Shown: positions 21,908 to 32,830 of the stretch, piece after piece
How positions within the stretch are numbered: the first letter of the stretch is position 1
How the letters are laid out: the number at the start of each line of letters is the position of its first letter
DNA from: Octopus sinensis
Taxonomy: Eukaryota
Direction: 5' to 3'
Length of the DNA stretch: 33,067 nucleotides
Assembly (NCBI RefSeq): GCF_006345805.1
Contig: NW_021832083.1
Location: 1 to 33,067 of the forward strand
Made by a program: the position numbers and the translations under genes
The notes under the pieces: model-generated
Database searches by the model: none
What the model saw: only the letters and a program-made list of their open reading frames with translations
Told to the model about the DNA's origin: nothing

Positions 21908-24715
21908 ATGAAACAGATTCAGTTAAGTGGTGCTCAAAAATGAAAATTAGCAAACAAGAAACAAGGGAAGACTTTGGAATTAGAGCGCAAGACTGCAAAG
22001 TTGACTGATTTCTTCACAAAAGACCCACAACATCAACATTTCCGTCTTCAGAAGTCAGCACAAATATGGCAAATACCTCTTGGATCACTCGAAAATCAAA
22101 CTTTGTGGACATTCGAATCACCGAAGAAACATGGTCATTTCGTACAAGTATCGTAACTAATCTGAGTGATCTCATTTTGCCCGTAAATTTTCATGATACT
22201 GATACTTCTACTGCAAATGAAAGGGGTCATTCTGTAAAACATGAAGAAAATCGTGATTTGGCAGAAGACCTAGGTTCTGATTTGATTTTTCTGCTGATGA
22301 TGTCGCTTACTGAATAACTGTGGAGGCACATGGCCAAGTGGTTAGAGCAGCGGACTCACGGTCGAGGGATCGCGGGTTCGAATTTCAGACCGGGTGATGT
22401 GTGTGTTTATGAGCGAAAACACCTAAGCTCCACGCGGCTCCGGCAGAAGGTAATGTCGAAACTTCTGCTGACTCTTTTGCCACAACTTTCTCTCACTCTT
22501 TCCTCCTACATCTTGCAGCTCACCTGCCACGGACCGGCGTCCCGTCCAGGTGGGGGAACCTATACGCCAAGAAACCGGGAAACCGGCCCTTATGAGCCAG
22601 GCATGGCTCGAGAAGTTACAAACTTACTAGATAACTGTCAACACCACGATGGACCATTTGATAAGTCTTATCGTCACTTTACTAGCAGGAAACCAGTAAG
22701 GTATTGTTCATAGAAGCTCTTTATTGGCACAAAAACCAATGGTGAGAAATACGAGAGAGTTTATTGTTTTGTTTGTAAATTGTTTGCTCTTAAATATTCC
22801 TCGAATTTTGTCAAGAGGAAAGGAGGGTTCATTGACTGGCGTAATACTATGGTAATTGATAATTATGAGAAAAGTACTACTCATCGATACTCTTTGCTAA
22901 CTTATTTAACTTACAGACAAGGTGTGGGATTGAAGTCATGGTTGGAGAAGCAAATGTGATTACTGGGAACATGTCTTGAGGCATGTCATAGCTGTGATTT
23001 GTACGTTAGCTGAACATGGCTTGGCTGTTCGAGGAACAGACGAAAGGTTTGGGTCATTGTAAAATAGGAATTTTTGGGGGCTGCTTGAACTCTTAAACAA
23101 GTTTGATCATTTTTGGCCTAGGCCACATATCAAAATATAAGAATTCTGGATAAAAGGAAACACTTATTACCGCTCAAAAACTATCTGCGCGGAACTTATT
23201 CAACTAATGGCTCAAAAGGTTCAGGTGTTCATTGTTGATGAGTTTAAATCTTCAGGTTATTTCAGTGAGTCTGCTGATTCAACACCAGATCTATCGCATA
23301 TCGATCAATTAAGTATTGTACTAAGGTATGTGAAAGATGGACAGCCTATTGAACGCATTTCAAACTTTCTGGAATTAGAAAGCCTCACCAGTGAGAAAAT
23401 GGCCAACCAGTTATTGAAGCACATACCTGAAACATGTAAACTAAAGTTAACGAAATGAAGAAATTAGTCTTATGATAATGCTGCTTACATGTCTGGATGT
23501 CATAAAAGGATGCAGTAAAAAAGTTTAGAAACTAACAAGTTTGCTACATATGTTCCCTGTGCAGCTCATTCGCTAAATCTGGTTGGCCGAAGTGCTTTTG
23601 ACTGCTGTGAAGTGGTTGATAATTTCTTCGCTACAATACAGTTACTCTATACCTGTTTTTCAGCCTCAACCTATCGGTGGAAAATTCTTAAAAATCGTAT
23701 TAAAGTGTCCTAAAATGTCTCTGCTGATACAAGATGGGAGGCACATGCCCTGGCCACAGCAGCGATTTTGAAATCTTTCCTTGAGATTTTGGGTGAATCA
23801 GAATATATAGTTGAAGATCAGTCACAGAAAAGCGATGCTAGAAAAGAGGCAAATAATATTGCAGACAAGCTTCAAGAGCTAGAATTCGTTATCATGTTGA
23901 AGTTTTGGAATTAGATTTTGCAGAATTTTTAAAGAGTAGGTAAATTTCTACAAAACGAGGATGTGAACTTAAAAATATGTGCAGATCTGTAAGTATTATT
24001 AGCTGAGCAAATGTGCACCTCACGAGATGAATTTGAAAAATGTGAAAAAGTTGTCAAGGAAATGTAACCAGATGCTGATTACAAGGCAACTGCAACTCGC
24101 AAATGCATCAGAAAGAAGCTACCCAATGATAAAGATGCACCAGAAGTATATCTGGATGCTAGAGATAATTTTCGTGTCACCACCTTTCTAAGAATTGTTG
24201 ACAAACTTGCAACTAAGATGAAAAGAAGAAGTGGGGATATACAAAGAAATTGAAGAAAAATTTTCTTTTCTATGTGGTGTACCATATAACGCCTCTTCAA
24301 CATCTAACACTGAGATCTATTCTCAATATTGTCAAAACCTGATTGATACTAACCCCGAGGACTTCAATAGCAATTTCTCAGCTGAGCTTAAGCGGGTTCA
24401 TTTATATGTTGCACCATAAGTTTAGTGCAACAGAAAATAGAAAAACTAGATTCAGTCATGTTGAACTTAATGAAATTATATTAGAAGACAATATTGAGTG
24501 TGCCTTTCCAAATGTAGATATTGCCTTTCGTATATTTCTAACACTTATGATCACAAATTGTGCAACTGAGCTTTCATTTTCACAACTGAAATTTATCAAA
24601 AACCCTCTCAGGGCAACAATGTAACAATTCAGGCTAAATGCCTTATCTCTACTGATAATAGAAGCAGATGTGGTGAGGAAGATTAATTATGAAGAAGAAA
24701 AATAAGAAAAAATTA
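21908..24715 (+). pseudogene. Decayed hAT-superfamily transposase (ZMYM1/Tip100-like)
   Basis: MKQIQLSGAQK start; YCFVCKLF (~22762); YFSESADSTPDLSHIDQLSIVLRYV (~23260-23330); SYDNAAYMSG; VPCAAHSLNLV; DTRWEAH; C-terminal dimerisation motif FPNVDIAFRIFLTLMITNCATELSFSQLKFIKNPLRATM. Many stops and frameshifts; TIRs not located. Confidence 0.9.
22322..22622 (+). mobile_element. SINE family C (tail type 2) inserted in the hAT pseudogene
   Basis: tRNA head TGGCCAAGTGG...GGGTTCGAATTTC; 16-bp TSD CTTACTGAATAACTGT (22306-22321) and CTTACTAGATAACTGT (22623-22638), 14/16 match. Confidence 0.85.
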
Positions 24716-24806
24716 TTTAATCATTAGATATAAATATTATTTTCTACTTACAGATAGTTTTATATTATTTTGAATTTTCGATAAAATGCTATTTTCAGGT
24801 TTAATA

Positions 24807-25205
24807 TTCTTTTACTCTTTTACTTGTTTCAGTCATTTGACTGTGGCCATGCTGGAGCACCACCTTTTAGTCGAGCAAATCGACCCCAGGACTTATTCTT
24901 TGTAAGCCTAGTACTTATTCTATCGGTCTCTTTTGCCGAACCGCTAAGTTACGGGGACATAAACACACCAGCATCGGTTGTCAAGCGATGTTGGGGGGGG
25001 AGCAAATACAGACAACCACACACCCACACACCCACATATATTTATACGACGGGCTTCTTTTAGTTTTCGTCTACCAAATGCACTCACAAGGCTTTGTTCA
25101 GCCCACGGCTATAGTAGAAGACACTTGCCCAAGGCGCCACGCAGTGGGACTGAACCCGGAGCCATGTGGTTGGTAACAAGCTACTTACCACACAACCACT
25201 CCTAC
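24807..25205 (-). mobile_element. SINE family A
   Basis: Reverse-complement full-length match. Confidence 0.9.
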
Positions 25206-25339
25206 TTATTTTAAAGTGTGATACTTATGCTATCGTTCTCGTTTTGCTGAACTGCTATGCTATAGGCACATAAAGGAAGCAACATGCGCATGCGCACACA
25301 CACCACTTACTTTCACACACATATGTCTGTCTGCCTGTC

Positions 25340-25616
25340 TGTCTGTCTATCTATCTATATATCGATGTATCTATCGATCTATCTATCTATCTATCTATCT
25401 CGGCGAGCTGGCAGAGTGGTTAGCACGCCGGGCGAAATGCGTAGCCGTATTTCGTCTGCCGTTACGTTGTGAGTTCAAATTCCGCCGAGGTCGACTTTGC
25501 CTTTCAGTCTTTCAGGGTCGATAAATTAAGTACCTTTTTCGCACTGGGGTCGATGTAATCGACTTAATCCCTTTGTCTCTCCCCTCTATGTTTAGCCCCT
25601 TGTGGGCAATAAAGAA

Positions 25617-25655
<39 letters not shown>

Positions 25656-25764
25656 AATCTATCTATCTTTCTATCTACCTATCTATCTATCAATCTATCT
25701 ATCTTTCTATCTACCTATCTATCTATCTATCTATCTATCTTTCTATCTATCTATCTATCTTTCA

Positions 25765-25799
<35 letters not shown>

Positions 25800-25838
25800 A
25801 ATCTATCTATCTTTCTATCTACCTATCTATCTATCTAT
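25340..25838. repeat. (ATCT)n tetranucleotide array split by a SINE
   Basis: Read directly from the sequence. Confidence 0.9.
25402..25618 (+). mobile_element. SINE family B inserted in the (ATCT)n array
   Basis: Head GGCGAGCTGGCAGAGTGG and Nin-like body; ATCT repeats on both sides. Confidence 0.9.
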
Positions 25839-25847
25839 TTTTGCCAT

Positions 25848-25990
25848 GGTCTTCTTTTAGTTTCCGCCTACCATATCTCCTTACAAGGCTTTGGTTGGCC
25901 CGACGCTATAGAAGACACTTGCCTAAGGTACCGCGCAATGCGACCCAAGACCACATGGTTGGGAAGCACGATTCTTAATTACACAGCCAC
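25848..25990 (-). mobile_element. SINE family A, old 5'-half remnant
   Basis: Diverged match to GGCTATAGTAGAAGACACTTGCC...ACCACATGG. Confidence 0.55.
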
Positions 25991-26164
25991 ACATACATAC
26001 ACACACACACATGCACGTGCACTACAAACAATTGAAATAATTATATTTGCTTTTTACATTCATTTATTTACGTATTTTAACTTTTATATAATTTATAGCT
26101 TTTTAACTTAATTTTTTTATTTTTTGTTGTTTTTAATCTTTCTCTGATATTTTTCTTTTGTCGA

Positions 26165-26176
26165 CATTCTTCTTCT

Positions 26177-26208
<32 letters not shown>

Positions 26209-26232
26209 TTCTTCTTCTTCTTCTTCTCTTCT

Positions 26233-26242
<10 letters not shown>
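26165..26242. repeat. (TTC)n-(TC)n microsatellite
   Basis: Read directly; source of the poly-E/R/F ORFs. Confidence 0.95.
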
Positions 26243-26268
<26 letters not shown>

Positions 26269-26792
26269 GTATACATATATACACACACTCAAATATATAT
26301 GTGCAGGAAATATATGTATATATGCATGTATGCAAGTATGTATGCATGCATGTATGTACGTACATAAATTGGCATTAGTATGTCCTTCAAGATTGATGAG
26401 ATCAGCAATTTCTGAAGATAAGTTGCAAAACGATTGCTGTAGGAAAAACTTGTGTGTGTGTGTGTGTGCGCGCGCGCGCGCGCATTGGACAATTCTTGAG
26501 CGCTAAATTACGGAGTCGAGAAGAAATTCAGCGTGTGAGATTTGGGAGTTGGTGTGAAAGGATACATATATGATGAGAAGAGCGGAGACCAGTGACCGAG
26601 GAGTTTCAGAGTGGCGGTTGCACAACACAAGCCAGCTTGAAAGAGCAGAGGCTTATGTAGTAGGGTTAGAAAAGATGGAGAGAGGAGACAGTATGTCTAT
26701 GAAACTAGCAGGGCCGGAGTAAGATCCTTAGAGGTCCTAAGCACTTAAAAATTTGGTGCCTTCATATAATTGTAATGGAAAAATAAACAATA

Positions 26793-27131
26793 TAGGCGTA
26801 TGAGTGGCTGTGTGGTAAGTTGCTTGCTTACAAGCTACATGGTTCCGGGTTCAGTCCCACTGCGTGGCACCTTGGGCAAGTGTCTTCTACTATAGCCTCG
26901 GGCCGACCAAAGTCTTGTGAGTGGATTTGGTAGACGGAAACTGAAAGAAGCCCGTCGTATATATGTATATATATAAATGTATGTGTATGTATATGTTTGT
27001 GTGTCTGTGTTTGTCCCCCCAACATCGCTTGACAACTGATGTGGTGTGTTTATGTCCCCGTAACTTAGCGGTTCGGTAAAAGGAGCCCGATAGAATAAGT
27101 AAGAGGACCAGACTCGATTTGCTCGACTAAA
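26793..27131 (+). mobile_element. SINE family A, 3'-truncated
   Basis: Head through GATTTGCTCGACTAA matches the family. Confidence 0.85.
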
Positions 27132-27139
27132 CTCTTAGA

Positions 27140-27860
27140 AACAAATAAAACCAAAAAAGAGGTTCATACACCTACATAGATTGAGGCGTAAGGGACAGAC
27201 GAAAGTTGCAATTTGCTGTGCACTCATTCCCATTGAACTTTCATTAGATGGAATGACAAATGACGGCCCCATAAAAGGATATCTGTACGTCGATGCATTG
27301 TGATAAATGCTTGTACATGCACCTAGTTACAGGCCGAAACGAGATGACCAGTAATCATAGAAGAAGTTTCGTGGGAATATTGAATTCACAAGCGGTCCCC
27401 GACATCCCGCATGCGGAGTCACCACAGACACAGGGACAGAACGACCTCGAAGCCTCCATGGTTCGTGATGCCGTTAGGACCAGAGAAGAAGCCGGCTCAA
27501 CCCGCCCTGGGTGAACGCCGCCACAAGTACAAGTAAGTACCAGTAATCACCTGAAACCGCAAGTTTTACATCAGAGTGTCCCTCTCCTAGAAGGATGCTG
27601 TGACACTACCAGTCGTTCAGCTGCACGCCCTGACACCAACCAGGGGTATTTCTGCATCCCCGCTCTAAAATGGATTATAGCCGGGCTCTGGTTTGGGAAT
27701 TTCAGGGTTTTGAGGAGTGGAGTGCCACATCTTAACTACTCTTCTTCTCATACGTACAAATGAAATCATGCACCAAGTTAGTACACAAACGGCCAGATGT
27801 TGTTGCGTGGGACCATACATACGTGTTAAGCAGGAAGCACCGATACCTTGAGTCATTTTC
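27140..27860. repeat. Unclassified GC-richer interspersed repeat, possibly a LINE (RTE-like) 5' region
   Basis: Shares a 33-bp block with 2576-2608; no convincing protein motif. Confidence 0.3.
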
Positions 27861-27954
27861 TGCTCATAAAAACATATATGTCCATTTATGGAGAATTCTT
27901 TCTCCCTTTAGATTTACCAAACATTCAAACACACACATACACACATGCATATTT

Positions 27955-28101
<147 letters not shown>

Positions 28102-28659
28102 AACATTTATAATAGATATGCATACGTGTATATGTTTCTATATAGATTGTTATATATACATATATATGTGCATTTATATATATTCATATATATATATATA
28201 TATACATACACACACACACATACTTCATAGAATGTATACATTTATGTCTATACGTATGTGCGTCTACATATGTGTGTGTGTGTGTTTGTATAGGTTATAA
28301 TAAGTAATTGAGACCCAAAGGAATAAGATAATACTGAATAAATGCTGTAGACAGACCATAGTTAAGTTCCAGGTTCGGTGATTTTGCGAATAAGGGGTTC
28401 AACGTTGGTCATATGTCGGCGTGTGTATATAAGAATTTTTTGCGTAATGAGATAAAAAAAAATTAAGTCTGTGTATCTATTAATGTTCTAATATCTACAC
28501 AGCCTTGGTTTTTTATCTCATTACACATAAAATTCTTATATATATATACGCACACACACACACATATGTGTGCGAATGTATGCATACTTATATATGTATA
28601 TATATATATATACGTATGTGCGTGTGTGTGTGTGTGTGTGTGTGTGAATGTATGCATAT

Positions 28660-28845
28660 ATAGGCGCGCACGCGCGTGTGTGTGTGTCCTACTGCCGCTT
28701 AACAACTGGTGTAGGTTCTTTTACGTCCCTGTTATTCAGCGGTTCGGCAACAAGAGCACGATAGAATAGCTTCCCTTTGAAGACGGTGCTCCAGGATGGC
28801 CGCAGTCTAATGACTGGAAAAAGTAAAAGCATAAAAGATAAAAGA
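28660..28845 (+). mobile_element. SINE family A, 3' module
   Basis: TTTACGTCCCTG..TTCAGCGGTTCGGCAACAAGAG and the CCAGGATGGCCGCAGTC tail. Confidence 0.7.
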
Positions 28846-29049
28846 TTTTAAAATACGTTGGAAGTTGTGGAGGAAAGGTAACTAACTGAGTCAGGTGTAA
28901 ATGTTGACAGGTGAGGACTGTCTTTGACAGGTGAGGATGTCTTTGACAGGTGTGAGAGTTGAGTGGCTCAAGTGCTGTGTTTGGTGATATGGCAATATAA
29001 TAACAACAACTACTGTTACAACTACTACTACTACTATTACTGCGTTACA

Positions 29050-29760
29050 CTACACCTCACAAACACTTCTTCACCATTTTTAATTTCTCTGCGAACTATG
29101 GCCGTTTGTCAAGTAGATTCGCGAGTAGCGCCATCGGTTGAGAGTCCTTCTCTAAACGTATTACGGTTTTTAGTTAGACTGTTGTTATTGGTTTTACTAT
29201 TGTATTGGTGGTGGTGGTGGTGGTGGTGGCGTTTTTCAAATTTTTGTTGCTTTTTGTGGGGATTTACTGCTGGTATGGCGGCTGTGAATTGTGGCGAAGA
29301 CGACGTCGGCGACGTCTAAGACGGCGACGTCTAAGACGACGACGTTGACGAGGCTGATATTGCGGATGTCTTTACGATTGATGTTCATCTGGAACAACAG
29401 GCAGTCAACGACGAGGTAGATTGTGGGGCTCTAGAGAGATGACATTCTAAGGAGGTTGGGGACTTGGAGATTGTAGGCGTTGAATGATGAATATAAAAGG
29501 ACACAAATCAACACGCCAGTTCACTGTTTTAAAAAAAAGGTAAGGCTGGAGCATATGATAAAATGTAGTTTTAATATGGGACCTGTCGAGATGGTGGACA
29601 GGCACAATTTGGATGACGAAATGAAGAGATACAAGTTAAACCGAATGAGTCTGGGGAGTTGTGTGGTTGGTGACGCGGGACCAATTATAGTGAAAGGTCA
29701 CTATAGTAGCCGAATAACTGATTAGGGTTGAAGAATTTCTTTTGTCTATATTTCAATCGA
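29050..29760 (-). mobile_element. Possible 5'/N-terminal remnant of a Penelope-like element
   Basis: Weak: minus-strand SLTKNRNTFREGL and FAEKLKMV resemble the PLE N-terminal LTK.E..LL.KGL and F.RKLKL.EFF segments; flanked by microsatellites. Confidence 0.25.
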
Positions 29761-29791
29761 AAACCGAGTTATGGTGGTTCGTGTGTTGCTA

Positions 29792-29831
<40 letters not shown>

Positions 29832-29888
29832 TAATATATATATATATAAGAAAAAAGGTTTGAAAATGCAATGTGAAACGATGTTTAT

Positions 29889-29934
29889 TTACTTAAACCG
29901 GTTTCACTCTTTGGTAAAAGATTGTCAAAAGTAA
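29889..29934 (-). ncRNA. Variant hammerhead-like motif H7 (U3/A8)
   Basis: Minus strand TTACTT-TTGACAA-TCTTT-TACC-AAAGA-GT-GAAA-CCGG-TT-T-AAGTAA, followed by AATAAA; AACCGGTT palindrome. Confidence 0.4.
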
Positions 29935-30037
29935 CATTGAATAATATGGGTTCAAAAAAGTTTTTTACATAATTTAAATTCCATTTTCAAACCTTTTTTC
30001 TTATATAATCCCACTCGTGCGATACCCCACAACTCAA

Positions 30038-30072
<35 letters not shown>

Positions 30073-30474
30073 GCGCATGAGTGGCTGTGTGGTAAGTAGC
30101 TTGCTGACCAACCACATGGTTCCGGGTTCAGTCCCACTGCGTGGCATCTTGGCAAGTGTCTTCTGCTATAGCCCCGGCCGACCAATGCCTTTGTGAGTGG
30201 ATTTGGTAGATGGAACTGAAGAAGCCTGTCGCATATATGGTATATATATATGTGTGGTGTTGTGTGTTTGTGTGTCTGTGTTTGTCCCCCTAGCATTGCT
30301 TGACAACCGATGCTGGTGTGTGTTACGTCCGTCACTTAGCGGTTCAGCAAAAGAGACCGATAGAATAAGTACTGGGCTTACGAAGAATAAGTCCCGGGGT
30401 CGATTTTCTCGACTAAATGCGGTGCTTCAGCATGGCCACAGTCAAATGACTGAAACAAGCAAAGGAGTAAAGAA
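30073..30474 (+). mobile_element. SINE family A
   Basis: Full-length match. Confidence 0.9.
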
Positions 30475-30660
30475 ATACAAAATTTAGAGGAATGACCACT
30501 AAAGTGGACAGCCTATATGCTGAACATAGACGTCAAATCGCCATTACCACGAAGAATGTGATTTCTCTTGAGAACACATTCTTCGTGGTAATGGCGATTT
30601 GACGTCTATGTTTAGCATATAGGCTGTCCACTTTAGTGGTCATTCCTCTAAATTTTGTAT
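30475..30660. repeat. 186-bp near-perfect palindrome
   Basis: Arms 30475-30560 and 30575-30660 (86 bp, 1 mismatch); 14-nt spacer ATTTCTCTTGAGAA. Confidence 0.95.
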
Positions 30661-30799
30661 GTAACACAATTTTTAATCTTCGGATTCTTTTTAGATATGC
30701 TAAGCCACTGGTTTTAATTGATTAATATCAATTTCTACCCTTATTATTTAATTTATATATATATATATATATAGTTAAATATTTTTTATTAAAATATTT

Positions 30800-30845
30800 G
30801 AAGCTCTAACCGGTTTCACAGTTAACACTGATTTTCAAAAAGTTC
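30800..30845 (-). ncRNA. Variant hammerhead-like motif H8 (U3/A8) at the PLE 3' terminus
   Basis: Minus strand GAACTTT-TTGAAAA-T-CAGT-GTTA-ACTG-T-GAAA-CCGG-TT-AGAGCTTC; AACCGGTT palindrome; position matches where PLE terminal repeats carry hammerheads. Confidence 0.5.
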
Positions 30846-31489
30846 AAATAGAAGGACATGGCTTATGTCGCAGCTGTCTTGCCTCTGATTAGTGTTTGAT
30901 GTTTGCCCTGTTTTTATAGGGTGTTCATGGCTCAATTAGTATATGTTTTGAATAGGATTTGATTGGTAGAGGATAGTCACATGACTGGTCTTGGGAATTT
31001 TTGTAGGTCCCCCCGCTACGTCCGTGTATTAGTATCAAGTGACAATGTTTGGCGTCGTAAGTTAAGGCTGACACGGTTGACTGAACAAATCCAAGTAATC
31101 AATGCTCTAAATGTTTTCTGTCAAGTGTTTACAGAGAATGAACACATGATTAAGTTTATAACCTTTTGTACGTTTCCCTCTACATCCGTGCGTTACTGTC
31201 ACATGACAGTATATTTTGCGCCGACACGGTTGAGTGAACATGTTTAGTCATAATCAAGACAGACCAAATTTAGTTTATCTGGTGAGAGATTTGACAGGAG
31301 TCGTTTGTATGTAGTCCAATGGTTAAAATTTAGGTTGTTAGCTATGTAGTTTCCCCATGATAAGTGGCAGAATGAATTTTATGTGTGAGTAGTTATTTGT
31401 GTATGTACTCAGTTAAAGTTTGTTAAGTCTTGGTACTTTTGTATGAAAGTATTTACTTTGTTTATCCGTGCTTCATCTGTGGTATTCGC

Positions 31490-31792
31490 TTAACACAGGT
31501 AGAGTAGGAAAACCTGGAATTTAGGAGACTTATTTTTGGCACATATGTCTATGTGACCACTCAGTGGGATCTGTCTAGTACTGGGGTCTCGTATTTGCTG
31601 TCGGTGAATGACCAGTCTATTTCTCAGAATAAGCTTTGTTTGACCAATGTAATCTTTATTACATCCTTGACATTTGATAGCATATTTTAAATTCCTTGAA
31701 CATGTAAAGTGATTTTTTACGGTAAAAGTCTGTCCTGATTTGAATTTGTACGCTGTGTCTTCAATAAGGTTCCGTAATTGGGGTGGCCACAT
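31490..31792 (-). pseudogene. GIY-YIG endonuclease domain of the Penelope-like element
   Basis: NLKYAIKCQGCNKDYIGQT..LRNRL..HR matches the PLE GIY-YIG signature with CxxC; upstream frames are broken. Confidence 0.9.
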
Positions 31793-32699
31793 TTTTTTAC
31801 TGTTGGTGTAGGAACTGTGGAAAGTAATTTAGCACTTATGAAGAATGTTTTGAGGGACTTTAGTTGTCTTTTACTTTTGATTAATTCTGTGTATTTCGAA
31901 TGTTTGTTTCATGCTTAGGGCTTGTTTTAGAAGTGGGATGTTCTGATGAATAATATTGTAAACGTCTGTGTTTCTTTGGTTGTGTGTTGTAATAAAGAGT
32001 AGGTTATTGGATTACCTGGAGCATTTTTCGAATTTCTTCGATACTTATTGCTTTGGCACGTTCTATTCCGTTGTCTACTAGCATTAATGAACATTGTCTT
32101 TCAAGTAGTACTTGTTTTAGTTCCTGGAGTTTTTATAGTGAGTTTCAGGGTTTGAGACAATTGTGCAGATTCTTCTTGCTGCATTGAAGGGAATATTATT
32201 CTTTCTGTGTTTGGGATGGCATGAGGAGAATAATAAGTATTGTTTAGAATCTGTTTGTTTGTTTGTAGTGAATATCTATTTCAATGATTTTATCTCGTTT
32301 GAGGATTAATATATCCAGGAATGGTAGTTGAGTACTGTATTCCATGGTAAAGTTGATATTATTGTTTATGCTGTCGATTAGGTTTTTGAAATCTGTAAGT
32401 TGTTCAAATGTGTACGTCCATAGGATGGCAGTCATCTATTAACGTTCCAATTTTCTAGTAGATATTTGTGGAAGTTCAAGCCATGACTAGGATTGGGGTA
32501 CGTTGGTTTAACAGGTCCCCTCACATGACTTGGTATGTATTTTAAAATAGGTCTCAGTAGTATGTCTAAAATGTTGCTCACTGTGTGTTTCACAGTTCGG
32601 GCTTTACTAAATTTAAGGCTGGTGGTATATTGCATCAATATACCTAATTCTACCTACATAATACATACCACACACTCACACATACATATTATTTATATC

Positions 32700-32745
32700 T
32701 TTATTTTATTTTATATATACATATATAATATACAATACTATATAT

Positions 32746-32777
<32 letters not shown>

Positions 32778-32830
32778 AATATATATATAATCTATATTAT
32801 ATATATTATATATATATAATATTGTATATA
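32700..32830. repeat. (TA)-rich microsatellite
   Basis: Read directly from the sequence. Confidence 0.9.

Larger units (their letters stand above)
30770..32645 (-). mobile_element. Penelope-like element (RT + GIY-YIG), decayed
   Basis: RT: SNILDILLRPILKYIPSHVR; PTYPN(L)VM; W.R.IDDC.ILWT (~32420-32450); FTMEYSTQLPFLDILI; TDSKQYLLFSSCHPKHRKNNIPF. Endonuclease: FTCSRNLKYAIKCQGCNKDYIGQTKLILRNRLVIHRQQI. The 3' region ends in a hammerhead-like motif and (TA)n. Confidence 0.9.

Noticed and set aside
469-22400. SINE heads as tRNA genes
   Set aside because: They have A/B boxes but no closed acceptor stem or cloverleaf, and continue into SINE bodies.
2330-27860. HDV-like ribozyme in the putative RTE 5' regions (2330-2615, 27140-27860)
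   Set aside because: RTE elements can carry these, but I could not assemble the nested double pseudoknot by eye; needs an RNArobo or Infernal search.
29720-29772. TTGAAGA...GAAAACC hammerhead-like spacing
   Set aside because: Stems I and II do not pair convincingly.
31935-31970. CTGATGA-ATAATATT-GTAAA-CGTC on the plus strand
   Set aside because: Antisense to the PLE ORF, GTAAA rather than GAAA, and no stem I; likely chance.
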